Virus record (IMG/VR): IMGVR_UViG_3300037722_000889
Location: 14,683-78,682 of that record
DNA length: 64,000 bases
Origin: a virus
Taxonomy: Duplodnaviria; Caudoviricetes
Direction: 5' to 3' (one strand)
Shown here: positions 1-8,427 of the stretch, one piece after another
How the letters are laid out: every line of letters starts with the position of its first letter
Numbering within the stretch: the stretch's first letter is position 1
Position numbers and translations under genes: made by a program
The notes under the pieces: generated by a model
Told to the model about the DNA's origin: nothing
What the model saw: the letters and a program-made list of their open reading frames with translations, nothing else
Databases searched by the model: none

Positions 1-509
1 TTCTCGGCATGGATCGTGGAGGTGTTCGGGAAGAACAGCAGAGGCTTCTGATCGACCATGGGCGAGGACACTCGCACGACCAGGTTGTCCGGCAGCTTAC
101 CCAGGTACTGGCGGATCAGGCCGTATTCCTTGGTCGGCAGCCAGTGCTGCGTCTCGGGAGTCTGGCGTGCGACCTCGATGATGTTCTCGAGGTGCCACGC
201 GCCCTGCAGGTCGCCACTGTCGAACCAGCGGAAGTGGGGCTGGCGCTTCACCAGGAACACCATGGCATCGACCCATTGCGGGTGATGCAGGGCTTCCATG
301 CGGCGGAACATGGCCTCCACGACGGGGGACATGCGATAGCGGCCTTTCAGGGCGTAGCAGTCTTCACAAGCACTGCCGGGGATCAGGGCCAGCTTCGCGC
401 CGGTGACGCAGGCGGAAGCGGGAAGGCTGATGGATTTGCACGGCATCTTGCCCGTACTGGACAAGCCGCCGACGATCTCTTCGGCTTGACGAACTCGGGT
501 CACCCTCAT
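1..509 (-). CDS. Gp88-like phage protein (Cys-rich, radical-SAM-like motif), truncated by window start
   Basis: Own translation from ATG 509: MRVTRVRQAEEIVGGLSSTGKMPCKSISLPASAC...CEDCYALKGRY...FRWFDSGDLQ...HWLPTKE; CxxCYA and FRWxDSGD motifs resemble the Gp88 family; SD GGAGG upstream; frame stays open to base 1. Confidence 0.65.
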   Translation of the reverse strand, partial: MRVTRVRQAEEIVGGLSSTGKMPCKSISLPASACVTGAKLALIPGSACEDCYALKGRYRMSPVVEAMFRRMEALHHPQWVDAMVFLVKRQPHFRWFDSGDLQGAWHLENIIEVARQTPETQHWLPTKEYGLIRQYLGKLPDNLVVRVSSPMVDQKPLLFFPNTSTIHAE

Positions 510-539
510 TGGTGGCCTCCTTATGTCCTCGTTGACAGG

Positions 540-896
540 CTAGGCGGTCATCTCCAGCATGTAGTCGTACACGGTGGTAACCAGGAACTGCTTGGTCCTG
601 TAGTCGTAGAGCAGGGTGGGTTCTCCGGCATCGCGTCGGCACACGTACGCAGCCAGGGGCTGCTCTCGGCCAGGTGAGTAGGCCTCGATGACGCCACTGC
701 CGTCCAGGTATTGGTTAATTGCGTTCAGAACTTTGGTCGTTTGAACCGGCAGGTTCAGGCCTTGCAGCGCCCATACTTCCACGCCGTGCACGTTGTCTGG
801 ATTGATGCGCCCCTCGATGAGCCCAAGTATCCGATCTGCTGTTGACGGAGCTACGCCGAGCCCGCTACGAATTGTCCTCATTGACAAGTTCGACAT
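540..896 (-). CDS. hypothetical phage protein (118 aa)
   Basis: ORF in the tightly packed leftward run, overlapping the upstream gene; no family recognised. Confidence 0.6.
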   Translation of the reverse strand: MSNLSMRTIRSGLGVAPSTADRILGLIEGRINPDNVHGVEVWALQGLNLPVQTTKVLNAINQYLDGSGVIEAYSPGREQPLAAYVCRRDAGEPTLLYDYRTKQFLVTTVYDYMLEMTA

Positions 897-1458
897 GCTT
901 CATTTCTCCCCATGGGAAACTATAGTCGTAGAACAAACACATCTGCGGATCCTCTTGACCGGCAGGTTTATTGAAGTGCTGCAGTATCACGTACCACTCT
1001 CTTCCTGCCTCTTCGACAGAGGCTCGGCAATCGGCGTGAGATAGTTCCACGCCTTTGGCGCAGGCGATGGCCTCGTACTTGGTACCGTATTTGACGATGG
1101 TAACGGGGTCGTCTACGTCAGAGAACTGATCAGGGCAGTCCAGCTCAGCTGACTCCAACACATCAGACGGGCGTAACGAGTAATACGCAACGATGCCGGC
1201 CTTGGCCATGTTGCGGTACAGTTTTGTGAACGAGGAGGGTCCCTCGCTCAGCTTGGCCTCTACCATCTTCCTGAATGTCTCTTCCCGAAACACCGGCAGG
1301 CCGGACTTGGATACCACGCCCAGTCGGACCTGCTGACCGATCACTCGCACCGGCATGATGGCGATGTCCGTACTAACCATGATTGCCTCACCCACTTTTC
1401 GGGTATTGACGATCATGCCGCCGTACTCCTCTTTGAGTCTGCGTTCAGTGTCTTTCAC
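865..1458 (-). CDS. csrA: CsrA/RsmA-domain protein with ~130-aa C-terminal extension
   Basis: MIVNTRKVGEAIMVSTDIAIMPVRVIGQQVRLGVVSKSGLPVFREETF aligns by eye with CsrA (MLILTRRVGETLMIGDEV...[22 protein letters not shown]); the RNA-contacting Arg6 and Arg44 equivalents are retained. Confidence 0.8.
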   Translation of the reverse strand: MKDTERRLKEEYGGMIVNTRKVGEAIMVSTDIAIMPVRVIGQQVRLGVVSKSGLPVFREETFRKMVEAKLSEGPSSFTKLYRNMAKAGIVAYYSLRPSDVLESAELDCPDQFSDVDDPVTIVKYGTKYEAIACAKGVELSHADCRASVEEAGREWYVILQHFNKPAGQEDPQMCLFYDYSFPWGEMKHVELVNEDNS

Positions 1459-1528
1459 AATTTACTCCTGGGCTCGCGTTGAGCCATTATTTTATTAGCG
1501 GCCGGGGTCTGGGGCCTCCCTCTACAAG

Positions 1529-1837
1529 TCAGCCATATAGCCCGGATTCAAAGCCTTCGGCGGCTACTGCGTCCTCTTCGAACACCTCATCAGCATGCAC
1601 GATTGCCAGCGCAAGCAGCGCCACCGGGTCTCCATTTCCCGCTGCGGCTTGCACTGCTGAATAGGCGTGGTCTTCATCTGCGAAAGCCGGGCATCCACTG
1701 CACTCGGCCGGGCAGATGACGTAAGCGTACAAGTCCTCCTCCTCTTCCACCGCCAGCGCCCATCCCTGGGCAGCGGCGATCTTTTCATGCCGCGTGGTCC
1801 AAAACAATGCGGTCCCTACGTACAGCTTTCGTGTCAC
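1529..1837 (-). CDS. hypothetical acidic protein (102 aa)
   Basis: ORF coupled to upstream gene by a 4-bp overlap. Confidence 0.55.
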   Translation of the reverse strand: MTRKLYVGTALFWTTRHEKIAAAQGWALAVEEEEDLYAYVICPAECSGCPAFADEDHAYSAVQAAAGNGDPVALLALAIVHADEVFEEDAVAAEGFESGLYG

Positions 1838-2085
1838 GGTACGTCACCATATTCAACTATTTCCCCAGTTTCATCAAGCCAAAACAATACTGCTACGTAC
1901 CCCTGCATAGTTTTGTGTGCTTCCAGCAGCACCTGCTTTCCTACAAGGCTTTCAGCGATGGGGTGCGTAGTACTAAACGCCATCGCCGTGATGAATATTC
2001 CAAATCCAAGGTCCACGTCTGCAACTACACTCTGCTGCGTCACATCTCGGACCACGGCTCTATACTGGTAAAGTGGTGTCAACAC
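1834..2085 (-). CDS. hypothetical protein (83 aa)
   Basis: ORF in the leftward run, SD-like AGGGG upstream. Confidence 0.5.
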   Translation of the reverse strand: MLTPLYQYRAVVRDVTQQSVVADVDLGFGIFITAMAFSTTHPIAESLVGKQVLLEAHKTMQGYVAVLFWLDETGEIVEYGDVP

Positions 2086-2259
2086 GTTAAATCCCCTGCG
2101 TAATGTTCACATTTATGCACTTAGGGCATTGTCTTCAGACATTGCATCACCGTCGACGCCCATGCACTTGTTTTATTTCGACTGTCGCGACCTCCTTTAT
2201 TTGATTCTCTTCCTCATGAAGACTGCCGCGTAGGTCGAGAACTGGTTATACCTTCAAAC

Positions 2260-2670
2260 TTATGTCGCCGCAACCCGACACATCGCAGGGGGTACCGGCA
2301 GGTGCGGGCCGGCGTTCGGCCCGAGGTACTCGGCAACCGCCTGGTCAAGTACTTGCGACAACCAGCCTTCCTTTATGGCCAGCTTCTGCAGGTCCTGCTC
2401 CACGTCGGAGTACGTGAGTTTGGGGTCTCCGCGACTCTGCCACGTCAGGATTTTGACGAGGAAATCATACTGTCGGTTCGCGGTACTGAACCAGTGCTCA
2501 TAGAACATGGATCGGTTGAAGTGCAGGGACAGGCCGTACATGGTGCCGAGCCTGCGATAGAACCACTTCGGAAAGTCCTCCTCCCGGTACCCGCCGGTGA
2601 CGAATTTATAGAACTGGGTGCGGAACGACATCTTGTCCGCGACACTGCTGCGCTTGGTTGGAACGTACAT
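2260..2670 (-). CDS. hypothetical phage protein (136 aa, aromatic-rich)
   Basis: ORF with SD GAGGG upstream; no function recognised. Confidence 0.6.
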   Translation of the reverse strand: MYVPTKRSSVADKMSFRTQFYKFVTGGYREEDFPKWFYRRLGTMYGLSLHFNRSMFYEHWFSTANRQYDFLVKILTWQSRGDPKLTYSDVEQDLQKLAIKEGWLSQVLDQAVAEYLGPNAGPHLPVPPAMCRVAAT

Positions 2671-2679
2671 GCGTAACCC

Positions 2680-2910
2680 TCACTGGTTAAGTAGCTTCTG
2701 GCGTACTCGGTAGTTGAATAGCCGCCTCCACACGTACGACCGGATGACGGAGACGACGGTAAAGATTGATGTAATGCCCAGGTTCTCCAGCATCTTCGTC
2801 TCGATGTTGTATAGCGGACCTACAATGTAGATCCACACCAGCAGCGAGATGAAGAACCCGGACCCGATGTTCAGGCCAGACTCGATGGCGGACTCAAGCC
2901 TGGACTGCAC
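2680..2910 (-). CDS. small two-TM phage membrane protein (DUF7220-like)
   Basis: MQSRLESAIESGLNIGSGFFISLLVW...IFTVVSVIRSYVWRRLFN; two hydrophobic helices and the RSYxxRRLFN ending typical of this phage family. Confidence 0.7.
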   Translation of the reverse strand: MQSRLESAIESGLNIGSGFFISLLVWIYIVGPLYNIETKMLENLGITSIFTVVSVIRSYVWRRLFNYRVRQKLLNQ

Positions 2911-3112
2911 GATCCGCTTCCCTGAACGATGCGCAGGTGGTGGCCAGGATCCTGTTCACGCCTGCCGGCTTGAGGTCGACGACGACGCCTGACGGCCCTG
3001 TCTTGACGACGACCTCGATGTTGCCGATCAGGTTGCTAATCACCCTATTGCGCATCACGGCCCCCTTGGGGTACGCTTGGGGGTTGGCGTTGGTTACTCG
3101 ATTAAGACTCAT
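2894..3112 (-). CDS. hypothetical protein (72 aa)
   Basis: ORF directly downstream of the sigma gene with GGAGG SD. Confidence 0.55.
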   Translation of the reverse strand: MSLNRVTNANPQAYPKGAVMRNRVISNLIGNIEVVVKTGPSGVVVDLKPAGVNRILATTCASFREADRAVQA

Positions 3113-3113
3113 G

Positions 3114-3725
3114 TCAGTGGCCTCCTATGGCCTTGGTTATCTTTTTGACCGCCCGTTTAATAATCCAACAGGCATGGCTTTCCGTTATGCCTCGCTCCTC
3201 TCCCATCTCCTTCAGTGGTGTACCCAGCAGCCGCTGTTCCAGCATCTGCCGGTCTCTGAGGCTGAGCAGGGAAATTGCCACCGTCACCTCTTCCCGCAGG
3301 GCGAGGTCCTCAGCGGTGTCCTCGGAAGTCATCGCATGCACCTCCTGGTCAAACGGCACGTGAATCGCGTATGCCCCGTGCCTGGACTCGCGCTGAAACG
3401 TCCTGATCTCATCCTGCAGGGCGCCGGCCAGCACCAGCCGGAAGTACGTATTGAATGAAGCGCCTTGCTCCGGGTCGTACCTCCGGCTGGCCTTCACGAG
3501 CGCGATCCTGCCGGCCTGGATCAGGTCGTCCAGCTCCAGAATTGACGAACGCCACTTCCCTTTGTAGTAGTGGTATCCAGCCGCCTTGCGAATGACGGCG
3601 TCGTACTCTTTCAGCAGCTCTTCGCAGTTCACGGGGCGTTGGGCGTGGCCACTACGACGGGCAGCGGGTCGCATCCCACGACACACTTCGCCCACCGTTC
3701 TGCGTTGCGCGCGGCGAGGTCGCAA
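3114..3725 (-). CDS. sigma-70 family RNA polymerase sigma factor, FliA/WhiG-like (true start may be GTG 3632)
   Basis: Region 2 ELDDLIQAGRIALVKASRRYDPEQGASFNTYF..LAGALQDEIR and region 4 HTH LSLRDRQML...TPLKEMGEERGITESHACWIIKRAVKKI. Confidence 0.85.
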   Translation of the reverse strand: MRPRRAQRRTVGEVCRGMRPAARRSGHAQRPVNCEELLKEYDAVIRKAAGYHYYKGKWRSSILELDDLIQAGRIALVKASRRYDPEQGASFNTYFRLVLAGALQDEIRTFQRESRHGAYAIHVPFDQEVHAMTSEDTAEDLALREEVTVAISLLSLRDRQMLEQRLLGTPLKEMGEERGITESHACWIIKRAVKKITKAIGGH

Positions 3726-3811
3726 CCCGACACCGCCATGACGGCGTAGAACAGCGAGACGAGGATAATTGCTGCGATTAGCGGCACCGGCTCAAACTTG
3801 CGCGGCCTCAT
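3629..3811 (-). CDS. small membrane or lipoprotein-like protein
   Basis: MRPRKFEPVPLIAAIILVSLFYAVMAVSGC: basic N-terminus, hydrophobic helix, lipobox-like VSGC. Confidence 0.5.
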   Translation of the reverse strand: MRPRKFEPVPLIAAIILVSLFYAVMAVSGCDLAARNAERWAKCVVGCDPLPVVVATPNAP

Positions 3812-4014
3812 GCTGCTTCTCCCAGCTTGGCCAGCTCCGCCTTCAGGTGGGCGATACGCTTGCGCTGGGCAATGCCTTTCTCCCAAACCCGGTGGTCATC
3901 CGAGTACTCGAAATACTCGTCATAGTTCTTCACCAGGTCATCCAGCTCCTGCCGCATGGCCTGCACTTCCAGGTCTTCTTGCTTGATCACTGCGCTCATT
4001 GCTAGCCTCCTCAT
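3808..4014 (-). CDS. hypothetical coiled-coil protein
   Basis: Follows extended SD CTCAATGAGGAG immediately downstream of the palindrome at 4028. Confidence 0.6.
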   Translation of the reverse strand: MRRLAMSAVIKQEDLEVQAMRQELDDLVKNYDEYFEYSDDHRVWEKGIAQRKRIAHLKAELAKLGEAA

Positions 4015-4041
4015 TGAGGTTTGGATCCTGACATGTCAGGA

Positions 4042-4437
4042 TTAGTTAAGGTCGTAGTAGTACTCTCCGTCCGCCATGAACAGTCGACCAGTGTTCCGGC
4101 CTGCCTCCGCCTCTGCTTCGTACTCCTGCCAGCTCCACTCCCCGACGGGGTGGTCCGAGAATTCCCGCATGTCGCCGGAGATCAGTTGGATGAACAGGGC
4201 GTTCAGCTGTTGGTCGCTCCAGCCCGAGATTTCCTCGTCATCCCACGCGCCGAAGCCACGAACGTGGTCGCGCAGAGCCTCCCGCTCGTCATCGGTGGTC
4301 AGCAACTGGCTGTCTAAGGCTTCTTCCATGGCCGCGCGCCATGTGCGCGGCCCTGCCATGTCTCCGATCTCTGCCACGCTCGCCGAGAAATCCTTCGGCG
4401 TGCACTCCTTCACGAACTTCGTAATGTTGATCTCCAT
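4042..4437 (-). CDS. hypothetical acidic protein (131 aa)
   Basis: ORF with GGAGG SD; stop codon abuts the palindrome at 4025-4042. Confidence 0.7.
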   Translation of the reverse strand: MEINITKFVKECTPKDFSASVAEIGDMAGPRTWRAAMEEALDSQLLTTDDEREALRDHVRGFGAWDDEEISGWSDQQLNALFIQLISGDMREFSDHPVGEWSWQEYEAEAEAGRNTGRLFMADGEYYYDLN

Positions 4438-4445
4438 GCTCCCTC

Positions 4446-4670
4446 CTAAAGGTCAGCTGTAGCCATGATCTGGGATACCGTGGTGTCGTAGGTCCTCGCC
4501 AACATGATCACGGTGTCCAGGCAGTAACGGTTGTCCTGCGTACCGTTCTCCAGCACGCTCAGCCACCCCTGACTGATGCCGGTCATCTCTTGCACCTGCA
4601 TCTGGGTCAGCTTTGCCTGGGTGCGGTAGAACCTCAGCGCCGCGCCCATCTTCTCGTTCCACGGCCTCAT
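4446..4670 (-). CDS. XRE/Cro-family helix-turn-helix regulator
   Basis: MRPWNEKMGAALRFYRTQAKLTQMQVQEMTGISQGWLSVLENG matches the HTH_3 pattern (LR..R....LTQ..L....GISQ..LS.LENG); start re-called at ATG 4670. Confidence 0.85.
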   Translation of the reverse strand: MRPWNEKMGAALRFYRTQAKLTQMQVQEMTGISQGWLSVLENGTQDNRYCLDTVIMLARTYDTTVSQIMATADL

Positions 4671-4882
4671 GCGACGACGACCTCCGCTTCGGTTTCGATC
4701 CACACCTTGGCCCCGCAGGGCAGCGGGTTGTCCGGCCGGTACACGATCTTGCACGGCCCGTTGACCGTGACCTCGTGGCCGTAGCGGTTGGCCTTGTAGT
4801 CCTTCACCGTGATCACGGGCAGGGCAGCGCCCTTGGCGTTGGCCTTGATGTTGTGCTGGTTCACGTGGATGCGGCTTTTCAT
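4667..4882 (-). CDS. conserved small phage protein (71 aa)
   Basis: MKSRIHVNQHNIK...VITVKDYKANRYGHEV...CGAKVWIETE, a pattern I recognise from other phages; function unknown. Confidence 0.75.
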   Translation of the reverse strand: MKSRIHVNQHNIKANAKGAALPVITVKDYKANRYGHEVTVNGPCKIVYRPDNPLPCGAKVWIETEAEVVVA

Positions 4883-5796
4883 GCGGCCTCCTGCACGGCG
4901 TTGAGCAGGTCGGTGACGACCGGCGGAGCCACGGCATTGCCCAGCACGAAGTTCGCCAGGGTCTTGCTCTTGGGCAGGATGTAGGAGGAGGGGAAGCCCA
5001 TGATGGTCCGGGCCTCGGTCGGCTGGACCATGCGCATGCGATCCCCGTCGACCAGCATCCAGCGGGCCTTCGTGGTCAGGGTCCCGAGCGGGCGGTCCAG
5101 GCTTCTGCCGGTCTCCCCGGATCCTGATTTATAGAAGGGCGCCACGAACTGCTCCCCGAACCGGGCACGGCCTGCCGCGATGCGGCGCAGGGTGGCCTCG
5201 CTGCGGCCGGGCCGGTGGATCGGGTTCCACCGGTGCTGGTCCCACTCAAGGACGTCCCTGACGGGCGTGTGAGGCCGCCTGGGCAGCGCCAGCTTCAGCG
5301 GGTGCTGGGAGCGGGTGCAGACCAGGAACAGCCGCTCCCGGTGCTGGGGCACGCCGTGGTCCGCGGCGTCGAGGACGTGCGGCGAGATGGCATAGCCCAG
5401 GGCTTCCATTGCAGCGGCCCAGGCCGGGTACAACTTCCACTGGAGGAAAGCCGGCACATTTTCAACAATAACCACTTTTTCCTTGTGGACTTCAGTGCAG
5501 GTGACCACTGCCCAGGCCGTGGCCCGGGCCGCATCATGGCTGGGCCGGTCCTTGCCGCGCGCCAGGGTGTGGCCGGTGCAGGACGGGGAGGCCAGCAGGA
5601 TGTCGTGGGCCGGAACCTCGGTGAAGTTGGCCTGCTGGAGGTCCTGGCAGGCGTGGACGGTGCCTGGATGGTTCCAGGAATGGATGTGCACGGCTTCGGG
5701 CCAGTGGTTGGCAGCCCAGATGACATCGACGCCGGCCAGGGTGGCGCCGGTGGTGAACCCTCCAGCGCCGGCGAACAGATCGATTGCGGTTGGCAT
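4879..5796 (-). CDS. C5-cytosine DNA methyltransferase (orphan)
   Basis: Motif I DLFAGAGG, catalytic SPSC (PC variant), ENV, QHRERLF and GNAV in canonical order; no cognate endonuclease adjacent. Confidence 0.92.
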   Translation of the reverse strand: MPTAIDLFAGAGGFTTGATLAGVDVIWAANHWPEAVHIHSWNHPGTVHACQDLQQANFTEVPAHDILLASPSCTGHTLARGKDRPSHDAARATAWAVVTCTEVHKEKVVIVENVPAFLQWKLYPAWAAAMEALGYAISPHVLDAADHGVPQHRERLFLVCTRSQHPLKLALPRRPHTPVRDVLEWDQHRWNPIHRPGRSEATLRRIAAGRARFGEQFVAPFYKSGSGETGRSLDRPLGTLTTKARWMLVDGDRMRMVQPTEARTIMGFPSSYILPKSKTLANFVLGNAVAPPVVTDLLNAVQEAA

Positions 5797-5835
5797 TTCT
5801 TGTCTCCCTCATTGGAGTCAGTAGTTACGGTGCGG

Positions 5836-6237
5836 TCAGCCTTCGAATACTTCATCCAGGTTGATCGCAGCCCCGGTGATGAATTCCTGTGCAACGAACG
5901 CAGGCACACGATCACCGTTAGGCTGCGTGAGGTAGGTCAGAACGGTGTCATCGCACCCTTCGATGTCGTAGTCGAGCACGGCTACTTTGGGAGCGTGCGC
6001 GACGTGGTCGGAGATAACCCCCTGTACGAGCCCGCCTTCCACTACAATCACAATCCGTGGCTCTGGAACCGGAGTCTCCTTCACGCTCCTTGCTTCGACT
6101 ATGAGACGGCTCAAGGTAGTAACGGCGTCATCGTTCTCCATGAGGAACTCGGTGCCGTCCTCTAGTTCCTCGCCGTCGTAGTTCATCCTTGCTATCGTCT
6201 GTACCAGATCACTCGGAGTCATGACTGCTTCCTCCAC
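5836..6237 (-). CDS. hypothetical protein (~130 aa)
   Basis: ORF in the leftward run containing RIVIVVEGGLVQGVISD. Confidence 0.6.
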   Translation of the reverse strand: MEEAVMTPSDLVQTIARMNYDGEELEDGTEFLMENDDAVTTLSRLIVEARSVKETPVPEPRIVIVVEGGLVQGVISDHVAHAPKVAVLDYDIEGCDDTVLTYLTQPNGDRVPAFVAQEFITGAAINLDEVFEG

Positions 6238-6434
6238 AGGCTTTCATCCATTTCTGCCGCTGCACGGCGGCGAGTTGCCTTACGCTCTCGTTTCTCCTGG
6301 GCCTTCTTCAAGGCGGCGAGGTCCTCTTCAGTGGTCTGGCGCCGACCGGGCAGGGTGACCGGCTTGAACAGCCGGGTCACCGCCTCCGGCCCGGCCAGGC
6401 CGGCGAGCATGGCGAGCAATTGCGGGGCCTGCAT
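6219..6434 (-). CDS. hypothetical basic protein (71 aa)
   Basis: ATG preceded by GGAGG; C-terminal LKKAQEKRERKATRRR. Confidence 0.55.
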   Translation of the reverse strand: MQAPQLLAMLAGLAGPEAVTRLFKPVTLPGRRQTTEEDLAALKKAQEKRERKATRRRAAAEMDESLWRKQS

Positions 6435-7045
6435 GCTGCCTCCTTGACCTTGGCCTTGGGCTTGCTGTTCAGGGCGGCCTTCACCTTGTCGTCGGTGACG
6501 GCGAGCGCCTTGGTCTGCGGCTCGATCTTGGGCAGGAAGCCCGCCAGGGACGGGTAGTTCTCCTGCACCTGCTTGTAGGTGGTACATCCGGCCAGGGCCT
6601 GGTTGACGGCGTCAACCAAGGTGCTCTTCTTGTCGGCGATCTTGGTGCCCTTTTCCACCAGCTTCATCAGCTCCTTGTAATCGGCGGAGCCTTCTTCCAC
6701 CTTGAGATCCAGGCCGTACTGCTCGTCGGCCACGCATCGGGTCTCGTTCAGCGGCCACCAGCGCGAGTGACACATGCTATGCACCGGATTGTTTTGCCGG
6801 CTCTGGCGCCTGCCCTGGTCGTCCTTATTGACGGGCCACACCGGGATTTCGCAGTAGTTGCGGGTGGAAAGCATGCCGGTGGGAGCGGCAGCGATCCAGG
6901 CCATGACTTCTGGTGGATACCGTTTCGCAGCCAGGGCGGCGGTGAAGACCTTGGCCTCTTCCACGAACGCTGCCTTCAGCGGCTCGATCTCCTTATCCAG
7001 GATGGCGGTCAGTACCTTCTTGCGGATTTCGTTGGTAAGTCTCAT
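6377..7045 (-). CDS. Nmad5-like (nucleotide-modification-associated domain 5) protein
   Basis: Starts MRLTNEIRKKVL and ends ALAGCTTYKQVQENYPSLAGFLP, matching the Nmad5 termini as I recall them; start re-called at 7045 after the extended SD. Confidence 0.7.
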   Translation of the reverse strand: MRLTNEIRKKVLTAILDKEIEPLKAAFVEEAKVFTAALAAKRYPPEVMAWIAAAPTGMLSTRNYCEIPVWPVNKDDQGRRQSRQNNPVHSMCHSRWWPLNETRCVADEQYGLDLKVEEGSADYKELMKLVEKGTKIADKKSTLVDAVNQALAGCTTYKQVQENYPSLAGFLPKIEPQTKALAVTDDKVKAALNSKPKAKVKEAACRPRNCSPCSPAWPGRRR

Positions 7046-7092
7046 TGCGGTTCCCTCATTGGAGTGATAGTTACGATCCTGACATGTCAGGA

Positions 7093-7515
7093 TCAGTCGA
7101 TGGCCGAGAAGATGTCGGTCGCCTCGGGATGGTCGTAGGCGTACGCCATCAGGCGGTCGTAGGCGTTGCGGATGGCATCCGAATCGTGCCCGCTCCACAT
7201 CAAGTGGTTAAAGGTGAAGATGCAGACGATAATGCCGGCCGCATCCGGACTGACATCGCCCCCGTAGCAGTTACCATCTACCTCGATGTGCAGCTTGCCA
7301 TCCGACTTCGGATACATGTAGCCGCCGCCGTTGGACAGCTTGACGAACTCCCAGTACCCGCCCTTGTACCCTTCAATCAACCGTTCCGCCATGGAGTAGA
7401 TGGCGTACTCGACGGTCAGCATTTCACCGCCAAACAGGCCCGGCAGGAAGTTCAAGCGATCGTGCTCGGCTACGTGGTCAGCAAAGACTTTCTGTTCTTC
7501 GATAGATTCATTCAT
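7093..7515 (-). CDS. ArdB/KlcA-family antirestriction protein
   Basis: RLNFLPGLFG...VEYAIYSMAERLIEGYKGGYWEF..LSNGGGYMYP...SPDAAGIIVC...LMAYAYDHPEATDIFSAID is the characteristic KlcA/ArdB pattern. Confidence 0.9.
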   Translation of the reverse strand: MNESIEEQKVFADHVAEHDRLNFLPGLFGGEMLTVEYAIYSMAERLIEGYKGGYWEFVKLSNGGGYMYPKSDGKLHIEVDGNCYGGDVSPDAAGIIVCIFTFNHLMWSGHDSDAIRNAYDRLMAYAYDHPEATDIFSAID

Positions 7516-7532
7516 GGCAATGCCCTCATTGG

Positions 7533-7706
7533 TTAAAATAACAGTTCATCCACGTAATCGGGCTCCAGCCCGTACTCGTACAGCAGCTCTTCAGGATCGT
7601 CGGACCCTTCAAGCACTTGCCGGCGCATGTCCTCGACCAGGTCGTTGGCTACTTCCCGTGATAGGCCGTCTCGACGCACCAAAATGTCAGCGATGGATTC
7701 CGTCAT
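7533..7706 (-). CDS. small acidic hypothetical protein (57 aa)
   Basis: MTESIADILVRRDG...YGLEPDYVDELLF with GGAGG SD. Confidence 0.65.
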   Translation of the reverse strand: MTESIADILVRRDGLSREVANDLVEDMRRQVLEGSDDPEELLYEYGLEPDYVDELLF

Positions 7707-7969
7707 GACGCTTCCTCCAGCGGCCGCCTGGTGCGGGCCAGCCTGTAGGGCGGGTTCGCAATAGACAGGTTGCGCCACTGCTCTATAGCCTGGTAAGCCC
7801 GTGTAAACTCCGGCGAGACCTTCGTGCCTTCTTTCTCATATATTTCCATCGCCCGGTGCAGCCACCCATACGCTACGTGCAGCGCACTGATGGGGTCACT
7901 CTCCGTGCCGTGCTTGAGGCCGCATTCAATCGCCTTGGCCAGTTCCGTTAGTTCGTCTTTGCGTCTCAT
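7703..7969 (-). CDS. hypothetical protein (88 aa)
   Basis: ATGA-coupled to both neighbours. Confidence 0.55.
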   Translation of the reverse strand: MRRKDELTELAKAIECGLKHGTESDPISALHVAYGWLHRAMEIYEKEGTKVSPEFTRAYQAIEQWRNLSIANPPYRLARTRRPLEEAS

Positions 7970-8127
7970 GACACGCCCCTCCAGAACCGCTGCTCGTGAC
8001 GACGGCGCGCAGCCTTGCGCCACCGCTTCGTCAGGTAGGGAGGGACGTAGTCAGACACGAATGCCAGGAAGGCGAACGCAAGACACAGGACGGCGAGTAC
8101 GCCGGAGACTACGAACAGTGTTGCCAT
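7966..8127 (-). CDS. small single-TM protein (53 aa)
   Basis: Own translation MATLFVVSGVLAVLCLAFAFLAFVSDYVPPYLTKRWRKAARRRHEQRFWRGVS; extended SD upstream; below the ORF-track cutoff. Confidence 0.65.
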   Translation of the reverse strand: MATLFVVSGVLAVLCLAFAFLAFVSDYVPPYLTKRWRKAARRRHEQRFWRGVS

Positions 8128-8169
8128 TGGAACCTCCTCATTGAGGTGTGATCGGTCTAGAATCTAGAC

Positions 8170-8427
8170 CTACAGTTGATAGCGGTCGTAGTTGCGGATC
8201 GCGGTGCGCTCGACGTAGTTCTCGACGAGCTGGACTTCTTCCCCTGCCGCCTCCTTGGCCTGCCGGAAGAGGGATGCATCGCAATCCTCTTCAAGATACA
8301 CCGTTTCCCCTCGCTGGTACGAGTAGGACGAGACCTTGTCCAGCAGGTTGAGGCGGGCCAGCTCGCTGCGCTTCACGTGCAGCCAGCCGTGGCCGGGGTC
8401 GGATGTGAAATGGTACTTGGTTTTCAT
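8170..8427 (-). CDS. conserved small phage protein (DPGHGWL motif)
   Basis: MKTKYHFTSDPGHGWLHV...YLEEDCDASLF; stop codon abuts the family-X element. Confidence 0.75.
   Translation of the reverse strand: MKTKYHFTSDPGHGWLHVKRSELARLNLLDKVSSYSYQRGETVYLEEDCDASLFRQAKEAAGEEVQLVENYVERTAIRNYDRYQL

Noticed and set aside
4879-5796. Complete restriction-modification system
   Set aside because: No neighbouring ORF has recognisable endonuclease motifs; the MTase appears to be an orphan.
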